Shown here: positions 45,586 to 52,756 of the stretch, in pieces
Position numbering within the stretch: the first letter of the stretch is position 1
Layout: each line of letters begins with the position of its first letter
Virus record (IMG/VR): IMGVR_UViG_3300018063_000016
Location: 1 to 52,756 of that record
Reading direction: 5' to 3' (one strand)
DNA from: a virus
Lineage: Duplodnaviria > Caudoviricetes
DNA: 52,756 nt
Position numbers and translations under genes: made by a program
The notes under the pieces: generated by a model
Told to the model about the DNA's origin: nothing
What the model saw: only the letters and a program-made list of their open reading frames with translations
Databases searched by the model: none

Positions 45586-45832
45586 GCTGCATGCGCAGCG
45601 CCAACTCGTCGTTGTCGGCGAACAGCAGCAGCTGCCCCTCGAGCAGCCCGTGCAGGCGCACGGCGTAGATCGTCAGGATCAGGGGCAGGACGGGGCGCAG
45701 TCCGTCCTCGAGCGGCGCGGGCATCGCGATGCGCACGCGGCCGTGCTGGCGCAGCATCTCCCAGGCCCACGCGTCGAGCTCGACCACGGTGATCGGCTCG
45801 GCGTCGATCGCGGAGTACAGGACGGCGCGCAT
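45527..45832 (-). CDS. hypothetical phage protein
   Basis: MRAVLY..EPITVVEL..FLPGQR; GC3-rich on the - strand. Confidence 0.65.
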   Translation of the reverse strand: MRAVLYSAIDAEPITVVELDAWAWEMLRQHGRVRIAMPAPLEDGLRPVLPLILTIYAVRLHGLLEGQLLLFADNDELALRMQPTFLPGQRQALRSRIGARW

Positions 45833-45937
45833 GGGCCGGAAGTGTGCGGGGATTTTTGACCGGCACGAAACGCCAACCGGGCAAAGCGTGAACGGCGTAC
45901 AGAGGGAAGCGCCGATGCACGGGCTGCACGCGCCGTT

Positions 45938-45997
45938 CTCGAAATCCGGTTCACGGGTTCACCCGTGACGAGGGTTCGAATCCCTCCCTTTCCGCCA
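45938..45997 (+). mobile_element. attP core = 3' half of tRNA-Ser(CGA)
   Basis: CTCGAAA anticodon loop, long variable arm TCACGGG/CCCGTGA, T-arm GAGGG-TTCGAAT-CCCTC, CCTTTCC-G-CCA; no matching 5' half; 24 nt from the int stop. Confidence 0.88.
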
Positions 45998-46020
45998 AAT
46001 CAATGACTTAGCGTCGGTTC

Positions 46021-47016
46021 TCAGGCTGCCGCCTTCGGCTTCGTGTGCGGGACTTTTCGCCCGATCTTGCCCACGGCGTCGGCCAGTTTGCGCGCCGTGA
46101 GGTGGCTGTAGCGCTTCGTCGAGCGCGGGTCACGGTGCCCGAGTACGGTGCCGACCGTGTAGAGATCCTCGCCGGCGTTGACCATCTCCGAGGCGGCGCT
46201 GTGGCGCAGGTCGTGGATGCGCACGTGCTGCAAGCCGACCCGGCGCCGAGCTCTGTCGAACCCGTGCTCGAGCGCGTTCTTGTCGGCCGCCAGGGGCAGA
46301 TAGCGCAGCAGGGTGCGCAGCTTCGGGTGCACGGGCAGCGCGCGCACGTCGTCGTTCTTGGTGTCGCGCAGCAGTAGCAGGTCCCCGTCGACCTCGACGC
46401 GCTGCAGCTCGCCGAGCCGCATGCCGGTATAGAACGCCGCGCGGACGAGCACGCACACGTCGCGGCGATCGGCCGCGCGCGCTAGGCGCAGCATGTCGCG
46501 TCGGTCGGCGTACACGTGGCGCTCGTTGCGCACCTTCGGCAACTGCATGCGCGACGTCGGATCGTGCTTGCTGATGCCGTGGTGCTTCCACGCGTGCCTG
46601 CAGGCGGCTTTGAGACACGCGAGCCGGTTGCGGATGGTGGCCGGTGCCACCGGGCGCCCGCGTTCCCCCACGGGGTTGTCGCGCACCGCCTTCGCGACCT
46701 CGTGCAGCGCACTGAGCGGCTTGCCGAGGTACGCCCACGCGATCGCCGCAAGGTGCTCGGCCGTGGCCTTGAACGATTTGAGCTGCGTCTTGTCCTTCAG
46801 GTACAGGACAACGGCCTCGTCGATCAGTCGGTCGTCCTCTTGTACGCCAGTCGCAATGGCGTAGAGGCGTGCCGATTCGGTGCGGTCGAATTTGTCAGCC
46901 TGGGCTTGACTCCAGCCGCGCGGAAGCAGGCGGTTAGCTCGCTTCCGCTCACCTTCAATGTAGCGGTCGAACTCGTAGCGCCAGCGGTGATTCCGCTTGT
47001 CCCATCGGATCGACAT
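46021..47016 (-). CDS. int: tyrosine integrase
   Basis: YTGMRLGE, TKN, HDLRH, LGH, RYSH catalytic motifs. Confidence 0.95.
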   Translation of the reverse strand: MSIRWDKRNHRWRYEFDRYIEGERKRANRLLPRGWSQAQADKFDRTESARLYAIATGVQEDDRLIDEAVVLYLKDKTQLKSFKATAEHLAAIAWAYLGKPLSALHEVAKAVRDNPVGERGRPVAPATIRNRLACLKAACRHAWKHHGISKHDPTSRMQLPKVRNERHVYADRRDMLRLARAADRRDVCVLVRAAFYTGMRLGELQRVEVDGDLLLLRDTKNDDVRALPVHPKLRTLLRYLPLAADKNALEHGFDRARRRVGLQHVRIHDLRHSAASEMVNAGEDLYTVGTVLGHRDPRSTKRYSHLTARKLADAVGKIGRKVPHTKPKAAA

Positions 47017-47162
47017 GCGTTGCGGTACGCCTCCACGTCCTCAGGCGCAAAGCGTAGCGCATCGCCGTGCCGGTACCCGGGCAGCTTCCCGCGATGGTGC
47101 TCGGCGTACACCAGCGTGCGGCTGATGCCGAGCAGCTTGGCGACGGCGCGCGCGGTCAGCAT
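46824..47162 (-). CDS. xis: excisionase / MerR-like HTH protein
   Basis: MLTARAVAKLLGISRTLVY..GKLPGYR.G..LRF..EDVEAY; overlaps the int 5' end. Confidence 0.8.
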   Translation of the reverse strand: MLTARAVAKLLGISRTLVYAEHHRGKLPGYRHGDALRFAPEDVEAYRNACRSDGTSGITAGATSSTATLKVSGSELTACFRAAGVKPRLTNSTAPNRHASTPLRLAYKRTTD

Positions 47163-47163
47163 G

Positions 47164-47382
47164 TCACTGCTTGCCTTTGTGCACCCACACTGACACGCCG
47201 GTGACGGGGTCCGTCGAGTGGATCACCGGAGCGCACCAGCACCGCGGCGACGCAATGTGCTCGGGCTGACCCTCGAGCGCGGCGCGTACCTCGTCCTCCA
47301 TCGCTTGGCTCACGACAGACTGCGGACAGTCCCGCTGATGGTCCTCGACCTCGGCCCACAGGCGGCGTAGCAGATCGATCAC
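47164..47382 (-). CDS. hypothetical protein
   Basis: GTGA coupling; HIASPRCWCAP motif. Confidence 0.6.
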   Translation of the reverse strand: MIDLLRRLWAEVEDHQRDCPQSVVSQAMEDEVRAALEGQPEHIASPRCWCAPVIHSTDPVTGVSVWVHKGKQ

Positions 47383-47663
47383 GGCTTTCCCCCGCTGCGC
47401 AGGTACGCGTGTATCGCGTGCTCGGCGCACAAGTGCAGATCCGGGTTGCCTTCGATCGGTTTCGCGTGCTCCTTGCACAGCGGCTTGCTGCACGTGGTGC
47501 CCTCGCCGGTCTGCCAGTCGCACGCAAAGTTGGCGAGTTGCATGCACAGCTCGGGCTTGCCGTCGATTTCGATCTTCGCGCAGCACGGGGGCGGGGCGCG
47601 CTTCTTGTCCCTGCGGCCAAGCCGCATGTGCACCATCGAGCCGTTGACGCGGTACCAGACCAT
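47379..47663 (-). CDS. Cys-rich Zn-binding protein
   Basis: GGAGG SD; CDW..TCSKPLC..H..LCAEH. Confidence 0.7.
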   Translation of the reverse strand: MVWYRVNGSMVHMRLGRRDKKRAPPPCCAKIEIDGKPELCMQLANFACDWQTGEGTTCSKPLCKEHAKPIEGNPDLHLCAEHAIHAYLRSGGKP

Positions 47664-47875
47664 CAGCGGACCTCCATGCGCCGGCGCGCTTCTTTGGTGG
47701 CGGCGCGCTCGGCGTTGCGGCGCACGATGCACGGGGCTTCGCTGTAGCATGCCTTGCAGATTTTGCGAAAGCCGTGCGGCCCGTTCTTGTCGCGGTAGAA
47801 GTACTGCGGGCCCTCGCTCACGGGGACCTCGAAGCGGCACTGCCGGTACAGGCAACGCAGCAGCGGCTCGCTCAT
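47663..47875 (-). CDS. small Zn-finger protein
   Basis: C..C..FYRDK..CKAC. Confidence 0.65.
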   Translation of the reverse strand: MSEPLLRCLYRQCRFEVPVSEGPQYFYRDKNGPHGFRKICKACYSEAPCIVRRNAERAATKEARRRMEVR

Positions 47876-48090
47876 GTGCGCCTCGGCAAGCAGCTAAAGC
47901 TCAGCCCGCAGTGCGGGCACGTGCACACCACGAGGTTAAAGAACGGCATGCCCTCCTTGGCCTCGGGGTGGTGCCAGCGGTACTTGTCCTTGTCGGCCTC
48001 GGGCATGGGCGACTCGGCCGTGCAGTTGCGGTGCTCAAGGTGCCCGAACTGCAGATCGTTGAGCGAGCGCACCAAGTCGTCGGCGTTCAT
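47872..48090 (-). CDS. hypothetical protein
   Basis: Coupled; CPHCG. Confidence 0.6.
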   Translation of the reverse strand: MNADDLVRSLNDLQFGHLEHRNCTAESPMPEADKDKYRWHHPEAKEGMPFFNLVVCTCPHCGLSFSCLPRRT

Positions 48091-48308
48091 AGTGGCAGCT
48101 CCGGTTGCACCGCGCGGCGCTCGGCCTCGCGCACCTTCTCGAGCGTGGCGAGCACGGCTTCCATCTCGGCAATGCGCCGCTCGGCGCGCGCGAGCGTCAT
48201 GCCGAATTTGCCCTCGTTGGCCCACGTCGGGTACAGGTGCCGGCGCATGCGCAGTTCGTCCTTGACCGCGGCGATCTGGCGCTCAATGGGGATGGGGGTG
48301 TCGCTCAT
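48087..48308 (-). CDS. conserved small phage protein
   Basis: QIAAVKDELRMRRHLYP.W..GK..AERRIAEMEAVLATL. Confidence 0.7.
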   Translation of the reverse strand: MSDTPIPIERQIAAVKDELRMRRHLYPTWANEGKFGMTLARAERRIAEMEAVLATLEKVREAERRAVQPELPL

Positions 48309-49273
48309 GGCGTCGGCTCGAAGTAGCGCCCGCTGTTCTTGGAAACCTCGGGGCGCAGTGTGGGCGGCGGCTTCACGGTGAACACCGTGCCGCCGAACTC
48401 GACGATTTGTGTGCCGCGCAGGAATGCGGTCACATCGACATCGGTGCCCGCCGCCATGCGGCGTTGGTGCGCCGCCACCAAGTGCAGGATCGGGCGCTTG
48501 CGCCCGGTCGCGCTCATCGGCAGCGAGCGCGCGTACAGCAGCGACTTGATTTCCTCGCGCATGCAGCCCACGTGCGCGAGCGCGCCCTTCTCGCGCGCAG
48601 TGATCGACCAGCAAAAGCGCCGGTCGGCCAGCGCCTGCAGCGTCATCGAGCCCCATACGCTCGTCTCGTGCAGCACCGGCGCGTCGGTTTCGATGACCCC
48701 GGCCGGATGGCCTGCGTTGTAGTGCGCCGACGAAACCCGCTGCACGCACGAGGCGACCTCGCCGCGGCTCGTGACCGTGAAGTAGCGCCGCTCGCCTTCG
48801 ACGCCGTCCTTCGTGGCAGCGAGCTGCAGCATTTCGTACAGCGTGCCGCCCCTGCGCTTGTTCCAGTAGCGGCCGAGCGCCGGCGCCTGCCGGATGTAGT
48901 GGGCTGCGAAATACGCGTCGGGGAACGTCTCGAAGATGCGCCCCTCGGCGCGATGCCCGGTGAGCCCCTGCTTTGGCAGCGGGTCGTTGTCCACGTCGAA
49001 AAGCCAGTCGCGCTCGGGGTCCAACACCGCCTGGAAGATGCGCGAGGGGCTGACGACGTACGGGCCGATCGAGCGCAGCATCGCGAACTGCTCGGGCGTC
49101 ATGCGGTCGGCCGGCGGCGCCCCGCGGTTCTTGTGCAGCTTCGTCTCGAAGAAGGCGATCAGCGCCGCGGCGACGACGTCCTCGAACGCCTCGCCCCAGT
49201 AGTCGCTGCGTTCCTCCTGGCGCTGTGCGATGAGTTGTTCCACCGCCGCGATGTGTTCAGCTTTGGTCTGCAT
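48305..49273 (-). CDS. hypothetical protein (322 aa)
   Basis: GAGG SD, GC3-rich; RKRPILHLVAAHQR..FLRG tail. Confidence 0.75.
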   Translation of the reverse strand: MQTKAEHIAAVEQLIAQRQEERSDYWGEAFEDVVAAALIAFFETKLHKNRGAPPADRMTPEQFAMLRSIGPYVVSPSRIFQAVLDPERDWLFDVDNDPLPKQGLTGHRAEGRIFETFPDAYFAAHYIRQAPALGRYWNKRRGGTLYEMLQLAATKDGVEGERRYFTVTSRGEVASCVQRVSSAHYNAGHPAGVIETDAPVLHETSVWGSMTLQALADRRFCWSITAREKGALAHVGCMREEIKSLLYARSLPMSATGRKRPILHLVAAHQRRMAAGTDVDVTAFLRGTQIVEFGGTVFTVKPPPTLRPEVSKNSGRYFEPTP

Positions 49274-49280
49274 GGCGGCC

Positions 49281-49505
49281 TCACAGGATCATGCGCAGCG
49301 GGATCGCCACGACGTCGGCGCTCGGTGCGCGGTGCTCCTGCAGCTCACGCTGGAACTGCGACGCGTCGTGATCGTTGTGCACGGCGATGCGCGTGACGTA
49401 GCAGTGCACGGGCACGCCGGCGGCCGTGTGGCCTTCCCATATCCGCGCCTCAACGCCGCCGTTGAGCGTGACGATCTTGCTGGTGCTGTCGATCAGGATT
49501 CGCAC
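49281..49505 (-). CDS. hypothetical protein
   Basis: AAAGGA SD, GTG start; ARIWEG.T..G.PVHCYVTRIA. Confidence 0.7.
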   Translation of the reverse strand: MRILIDSTSKIVTLNGGVEARIWEGHTAAGVPVHCYVTRIAVHNDHDASQFQRELQEHRAPSADVVAIPLRMIL

Positions 49506-49516
49506 GGTGCTTCCTT

Positions 49517-49663
49517 TCAGGCTTGGCGGATGAGTTGACGCAGCCACTGCGCGCCGCCCTTGCGCATCAGCTTGCGGCGGTCCGACTTGCTGAGCCGCAG
49601 CGCGAAGCGCTCGGTCAGGTCGTTCGGACGCGGTACGGGTTTGGGGGATTGGTACTGCCTCAT
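49517..49663 (-). CDS. small ribbon-helix-helix-like DNA-binding protein
   Basis: FALRLSKSDRRKL..GGAQWLRQLI. Confidence 0.6.
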   Translation of the reverse strand: MRQYQSPKPVPRPNDLTERFALRLSKSDRRKLMRKGGAQWLRQLIRQA

Positions 49664-50037
49664 AGCGCGTCCACGAGGGTCAGGCCCACGTGCCCGTCGA
49701 CGTAGTCCTTCTCGGTGATCGTGATGTGCGTGCCCTTGGGTAAGAACGGCAGATCGAGGACGCTGAACGCGCGCCGCTCCTGCAGGCACTCGCGCAGCGC
49801 ATCGCGCCGGATCTTGTCGACGCGCTTGGCCTCGGCAATCTCGCGCTGCACGTACGCGCGCGCCTTGGTCATCGTGCCCCGCGCCCACGCGCCGGCGGCT
49901 TCGGCGACCAAGACCAGCGCGGCGATCTCCTCCAAGTGCACGCGCGCGAACAGCTCGGACTCGTCGCGAAAGTGCTTGTCGTGGCCGTGCTCGGCGAAGT
50001 ACTCGAGCGTGGCGATGTGTTCGGCAACGGTGCTCAT
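49660..50037 (-). CDS. hypothetical protein
   Basis: AAGGAG SD, coupled. Confidence 0.65.
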   Translation of the reverse strand: MSTVAEHIATLEYFAEHGHDKHFRDESELFARVHLEEIAALVLVAEAAGAWARGTMTKARAYVQREIAEAKRVDKIRRDALRECLQERRAFSVLDLPFLPKGTHITITEKDYVDGHVGLTLVDAL

Positions 50038-50375
50038 CAGGGTTGCTCCTTCTCAATCTGCCGCTTGACCTCCTCGAGGCGTTTCACCCAGGCCTCGGGG
50101 CTGTCGAAGGTGTACCGGGTGCCGCCGTCGTGCATGTTCAGCAGGCTCGCGTAGTGCGACTGCAGCTTGACCGACTCGGCGAGCGCTTCGCGGCTGTTCC
50201 AGGCCTCGACGAGCCAGTGCGCGAGCTTGCCCGCGTACCCCGCCATGTGAATGACCATGGGACAGTCGCAGTGCAGCAGGTCGCCCTCCTCCTGCCACCC
50301 CGGCGGGATGACGATGTCGTAGCCCGTGACCTCGTCGTCGATGCGGTACGTTCTGATGATGGCGCGCTCGCTCAT
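50037..50375 (-). CDS. hypothetical protein
   Basis: GGAG SD; LQSHYASLLNMHDGG.R..F motif. Confidence 0.65.
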   Translation of the reverse strand: MSERAIIRTYRIDDEVTGYDIVIPPGWQEEGDLLHCDCPMVIHMAGYAGKLAHWLVEAWNSREALAESVKLQSHYASLLNMHDGGTRYTFDSPEAWVKRLEEVKRQIEKEQP

Positions 50376-50737
50376 CGCTTGCTCCAGTCGTGGCGACGCC
50401 GGCGCTGCGGGGTGCGCTCGAGCGCTTCGCTGATGCGCGCCAGCGATTCGGCAGCGCGCGGGTTCTCCCGCACGAGCTGCTCGGCCTGGCGCACGTACTC
50501 GGCACGCACGTACTCGGCACCGCGGCACACGTGCGTCATGCCGGCGCGCTGCTCGTCGGTGATTTGCGAGTGGTTGATGCACTCGAAGTCGATCGTGCGC
50601 ATCAGCTTCTTGCCGTCCATGATCTGCACGGAGATGCACGTCGGCGGCGGCCAGTCGACGCCCACGTCCTTGCACGTGATGCGCTTGATGCCGAGCTCGC
50701 CAAAGTCAAACTGGCAGTAGTCGTCCTCGTACGTCAT
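50372..50737 (-). CDS. hypothetical protein
   Basis: GGGAG SD, coupled. Confidence 0.65.
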   Translation of the reverse strand: MTYEDDYCQFDFGELGIKRITCKDVGVDWPPPTCISVQIMDGKKLMRTIDFECINHSQITDEQRAGMTHVCRGAEYVRAEYVRQAEQLVRENPRAAESLARISEALERTPQRRRRHDWSKR

Positions 50738-50922
50738 GACTGCACTCCCGCGCGCCGCAGCGCGTCGTTGAGCTTGTCGCGCAGCAGCACGATGTAGGCG
50801 TGATGCAGGCGCCCGCCGCTCAGGGCGTCGGCGAGCTTGGCCTGTAGCTCCGGGCGACTCAGCGCGCCGTTGCAGTGGCCGAGGTTGAGCAGCAGCCGCT
50901 CGAAGTCGTCGAAGTCGCTCAT
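50734..50922 (-). CDS. hypothetical protein
   Basis: GGAGGG SD, ATGA coupling. Confidence 0.6.
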   Translation of the reverse strand: MSDFDDFERLLLNLGHCNGALSRPELQAKLADALSGGRLHHAYIVLLRDKLNDALRRAGVQS

Positions 50923-51620
50923 GCTGCCCTCCGCATCGCCCCGGCGGGGCAGTCGGGGCACGCGATGAAGATGGGCGCGCCGCCCTCGCTGAACCCCGTC
51001 ATCACTTGGCCGACACCCTGGCACGTGCTGCAGGCCCCGTCGAACAGCGATTCGTTCTGCGACGACACGACGCCGCTGCCCTCGCCGGCGATCGCGGGCA
51101 CGGTCTGCACCGACTCGGCCGCCGGCGCGGCGTACAGCTCGCGCAGCATGACCTCGCGCGAATGCAGCATGCCCATGTGACCCATGATTTCGCGGTTGAC
51201 CTTGTTGGTGCCGATGCGCAGGGACCAGCGCGTGACGCCGTCGTTCAGGGGCTCGAAGCGCACGTTGTCGACCTTCAGCCCCTCGAGCGCGACTTGCCAC
51301 TCGTTGTCGACCCCGTAGACGATGTGCGCGCGCCAGTCGTGGACCTCGATGCCAAGGTGCATCTCGGTGACGACGCCGTTGCGCAGCTTGGGCCTGTCGA
51401 CGGCTTCGAGCCCCGGCAAGTCGCCCTGCCGCAGCGCGCCCGGCTCGGCGGGCTCGTACAGCATGTGCAGGATGCGGGGGTCGACGTCGTACAGCACCGT
51501 GTTCGGTACGTCGAACTCGAGCCCCGCGGACACAGCGGGTTCGCGCTGATCGCCGTGCTTCTCGCTGCGCACGGTCACGCTGGTGACGATGGCCCGTACG
51601 GGCTCGTAGATGCTGAACAT
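50919..51620 (-). CDS. hypothetical phage protein with C-terminal CxxC..CxxC
   Basis: GAGG SD; RSEKHGD..PA motif. Confidence 0.7.
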   Translation of the reverse strand: MFSIYEPVRAIVTSVTVRSEKHGDQREPAVSAGLEFDVPNTVLYDVDPRILHMLYEPAEPGALRQGDLPGLEAVDRPKLRNGVVTEMHLGIEVHDWRAHIVYGVDNEWQVALEGLKVDNVRFEPLNDGVTRWSLRIGTNKVNREIMGHMGMLHSREVMLRELYAAPAAESVQTVPAIAGEGSGVVSSQNESLFDGACSTCQGVGQVMTGFSEGGAPIFIACPDCPAGAMRRAA

Positions 51621-51634
51621 TGGTTTCCTCGCTT

Positions 51635-52117
51635 TCAGTCGTGTGGGCCGAATGGGGTGTTGCCCCTGTCGCCCATGTAGCCGCGCACGCGCGGCGCCTG
51701 CTTGACCTTGCGCAACTCGGTGGCGAGCGCGGCGATGGTCTTGTCGCTCACGACGCCGCCGAGCAGCGCCTGCAGTACTTCCTCGGCGAGCTCGGCGCTC
51801 AGCGCGACGGTGCGCGGCCGTTCGGGCTCGCCCTCGATGAGCGGCCCTCCGTCGTGCACCGGGTAGCACGCGTACTTGCCGACCATGCGCCGGCGCTCCT
51901 CGAGCGAGAAGCCGTAGCTGTCGGGCGCCCACTGCAAGATGGGCTTGTCCTCGGCGCCGCCGACGAGCGCGATCTGCACGCAGAACTTCGGGCGGCCCGG
52001 GGGTGCCTTCGTGGCCGCGACGATCGCCGCGGTGACGCTGTCGAAGCCCGCAGCGCGCGCGACCTCGCGCATGTGCTCGTACAACTCCGCGTGGTGCTTG
52101 GTGCGGCCGAGGGTCAC
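51635..52117 (-). CDS. hypothetical protein
   Basis: GTGA coupling, GC3-rich. Confidence 0.6.
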   Translation of the reverse strand: MTLGRTKHHAELYEHMREVARAAGFDSVTAAIVAATKAPPGRPKFCVQIALVGGAEDKPILQWAPDSYGFSLEERRRMVGKYACYPVHDGGPLIEGEPERPRTVALSAELAEEVLQALLGGVVSDKTIAALATELRKVKQAPRVRGYMGDRGNTPFGPHD

Positions 52118-52326
52118 AGTTGCCCCCGCTCAAAGGACGCGCGAATCTCCTGCGCGCACTGCTCGAGGATCGCCGGCAGCCGGATCAAGTCCGGGCCGGT
52201 GCCCTGCACGGACATGCCGGTGCCGCGCACGCCGTCGAGCACGATCAAGATGACCGCGCGCGCCTTCGCTTCCTCGCGCACCGCGGTGCACACGTTGTCG
52301 TACTTGCCGGCTCCCATCGGCATCAC
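52114..52326 (-). CDS. hypothetical protein
   Basis: GAGKYD.VCT.VRE...ARAVILIVLDG..G.G.S pattern; exact start ambiguous. Confidence 0.65.
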   Translation of the reverse strand: MMPMGAGKYDNVCTAVREEAKARAVILIVLDGVRGTGMSVQGTGPDLIRLPAILEQCAQEIRASFERGQL

Positions 52327-52754
52327 GCGCCCCCCTTGGGCTTGATCGCCACTTCTGCGGCAACCTTGTCGAGCAGGTGCGCAAGCTCACGCAGCCCGGC
52401 CTTGGTCGCAATCGATCCGTGCGCGAACGAGTCGTCGATGAGCGGCAAACAGCCATCGGCGAAAGCGACGCGTTGCCAACGCGTTCTCGTCCAGTCGTGC
52501 ACGCCGATGCTGCGCAGCCGCTCCTCGTCGAACACCACGCCCTCAAATTCCTCATAGCCCCGGTCCACGAGGTACCACCGACCATCCGGCCAGCGTTGAA
52601 GGTTGCGCTCGAAGACGTACGGACGCCGGCGGCCAAGCAAAGCGACCATCGGACGGGCGACGGCCAGCGGCGCGTGCGACAGCAGCAGCAGCGCGCGGCT
52701 CCATCGCACCAGCTCGATCTTCGACTCCCTGGTCGCGCATTCGCGCGGCGACAT
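52323..52754 (-). CDS. hypothetical protein
   Basis: ORF coupled to the downstream gene; start near the window edge. Confidence 0.5.
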   Translation of the reverse strand: MSPRECATRESKIELVRWSRALLLLSHAPLAVARPMVALLGRRRPYVFERNLQRWPDGRWYLVDRGYEEFEGVVFDEERLRSIGVHDWTRTRWQRVAFADGCLPLIDDSFAHGSIATKAGLRELAHLLDKVAAEVAIKPKGGA

Positions 52755-52756
52755 GC

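Noticed and set aside
45905-45997. Complete phage tRNA-Ser gene
   Set aside because: No 5' acceptor strand (GGAAGG/GGAAAGG) or D-arm at the expected position; only the 3' half is present
1-52756. CRISPR array, rRNA, IS transposase, repressor/replication module
   Set aside because: None seen; repeats found are coding repeats, and the immunity and replication genes probably lie outside the window

Overview
High-GC segment of a temperate, podovirus-type dsDNA phage with P22/N4-like head genes and no recognisable tape measure or tail tube. The + strand carries small unknown genes, a block of putative tail/fibre genes including a tandem paralog pair, terS, terL, portal, a free-standing HNH endonuclease, an Ntn/proteasome-beta-like peptidase, scaffold, major capsid and head-tail genes. 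It continues with repeat-rich virion proteins, a 4231-aa DarB-like polyvalent protein (InPase, N6-adenine methyltransferase, SNF2 helicase, metallopeptidase, PLxRFG) and a holin/GH19/spanin lysis cassette. An attP made of the 3' half of tRNA-Ser(CGA) follows, then int, xis and a train of small early genes on the - strand. Phage genes lie on both sides of the att core, so this looks like the excised form. The most striking observation is that the giant gene hosts three complete-looking genes in its +1 frame (a 64-aa protein, an HNH endonuclease and a TnpV-like protein), each with an SD-like sequence, while the giant frame stays open. Other notable points are a virion protein with co-expanded 5x55-aa and 5x103-aa repeats, structured leaders before the capsid and lysis genes, and a parS-like palindrome. 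Product calls come from motif recognition by eye; no searches were run.
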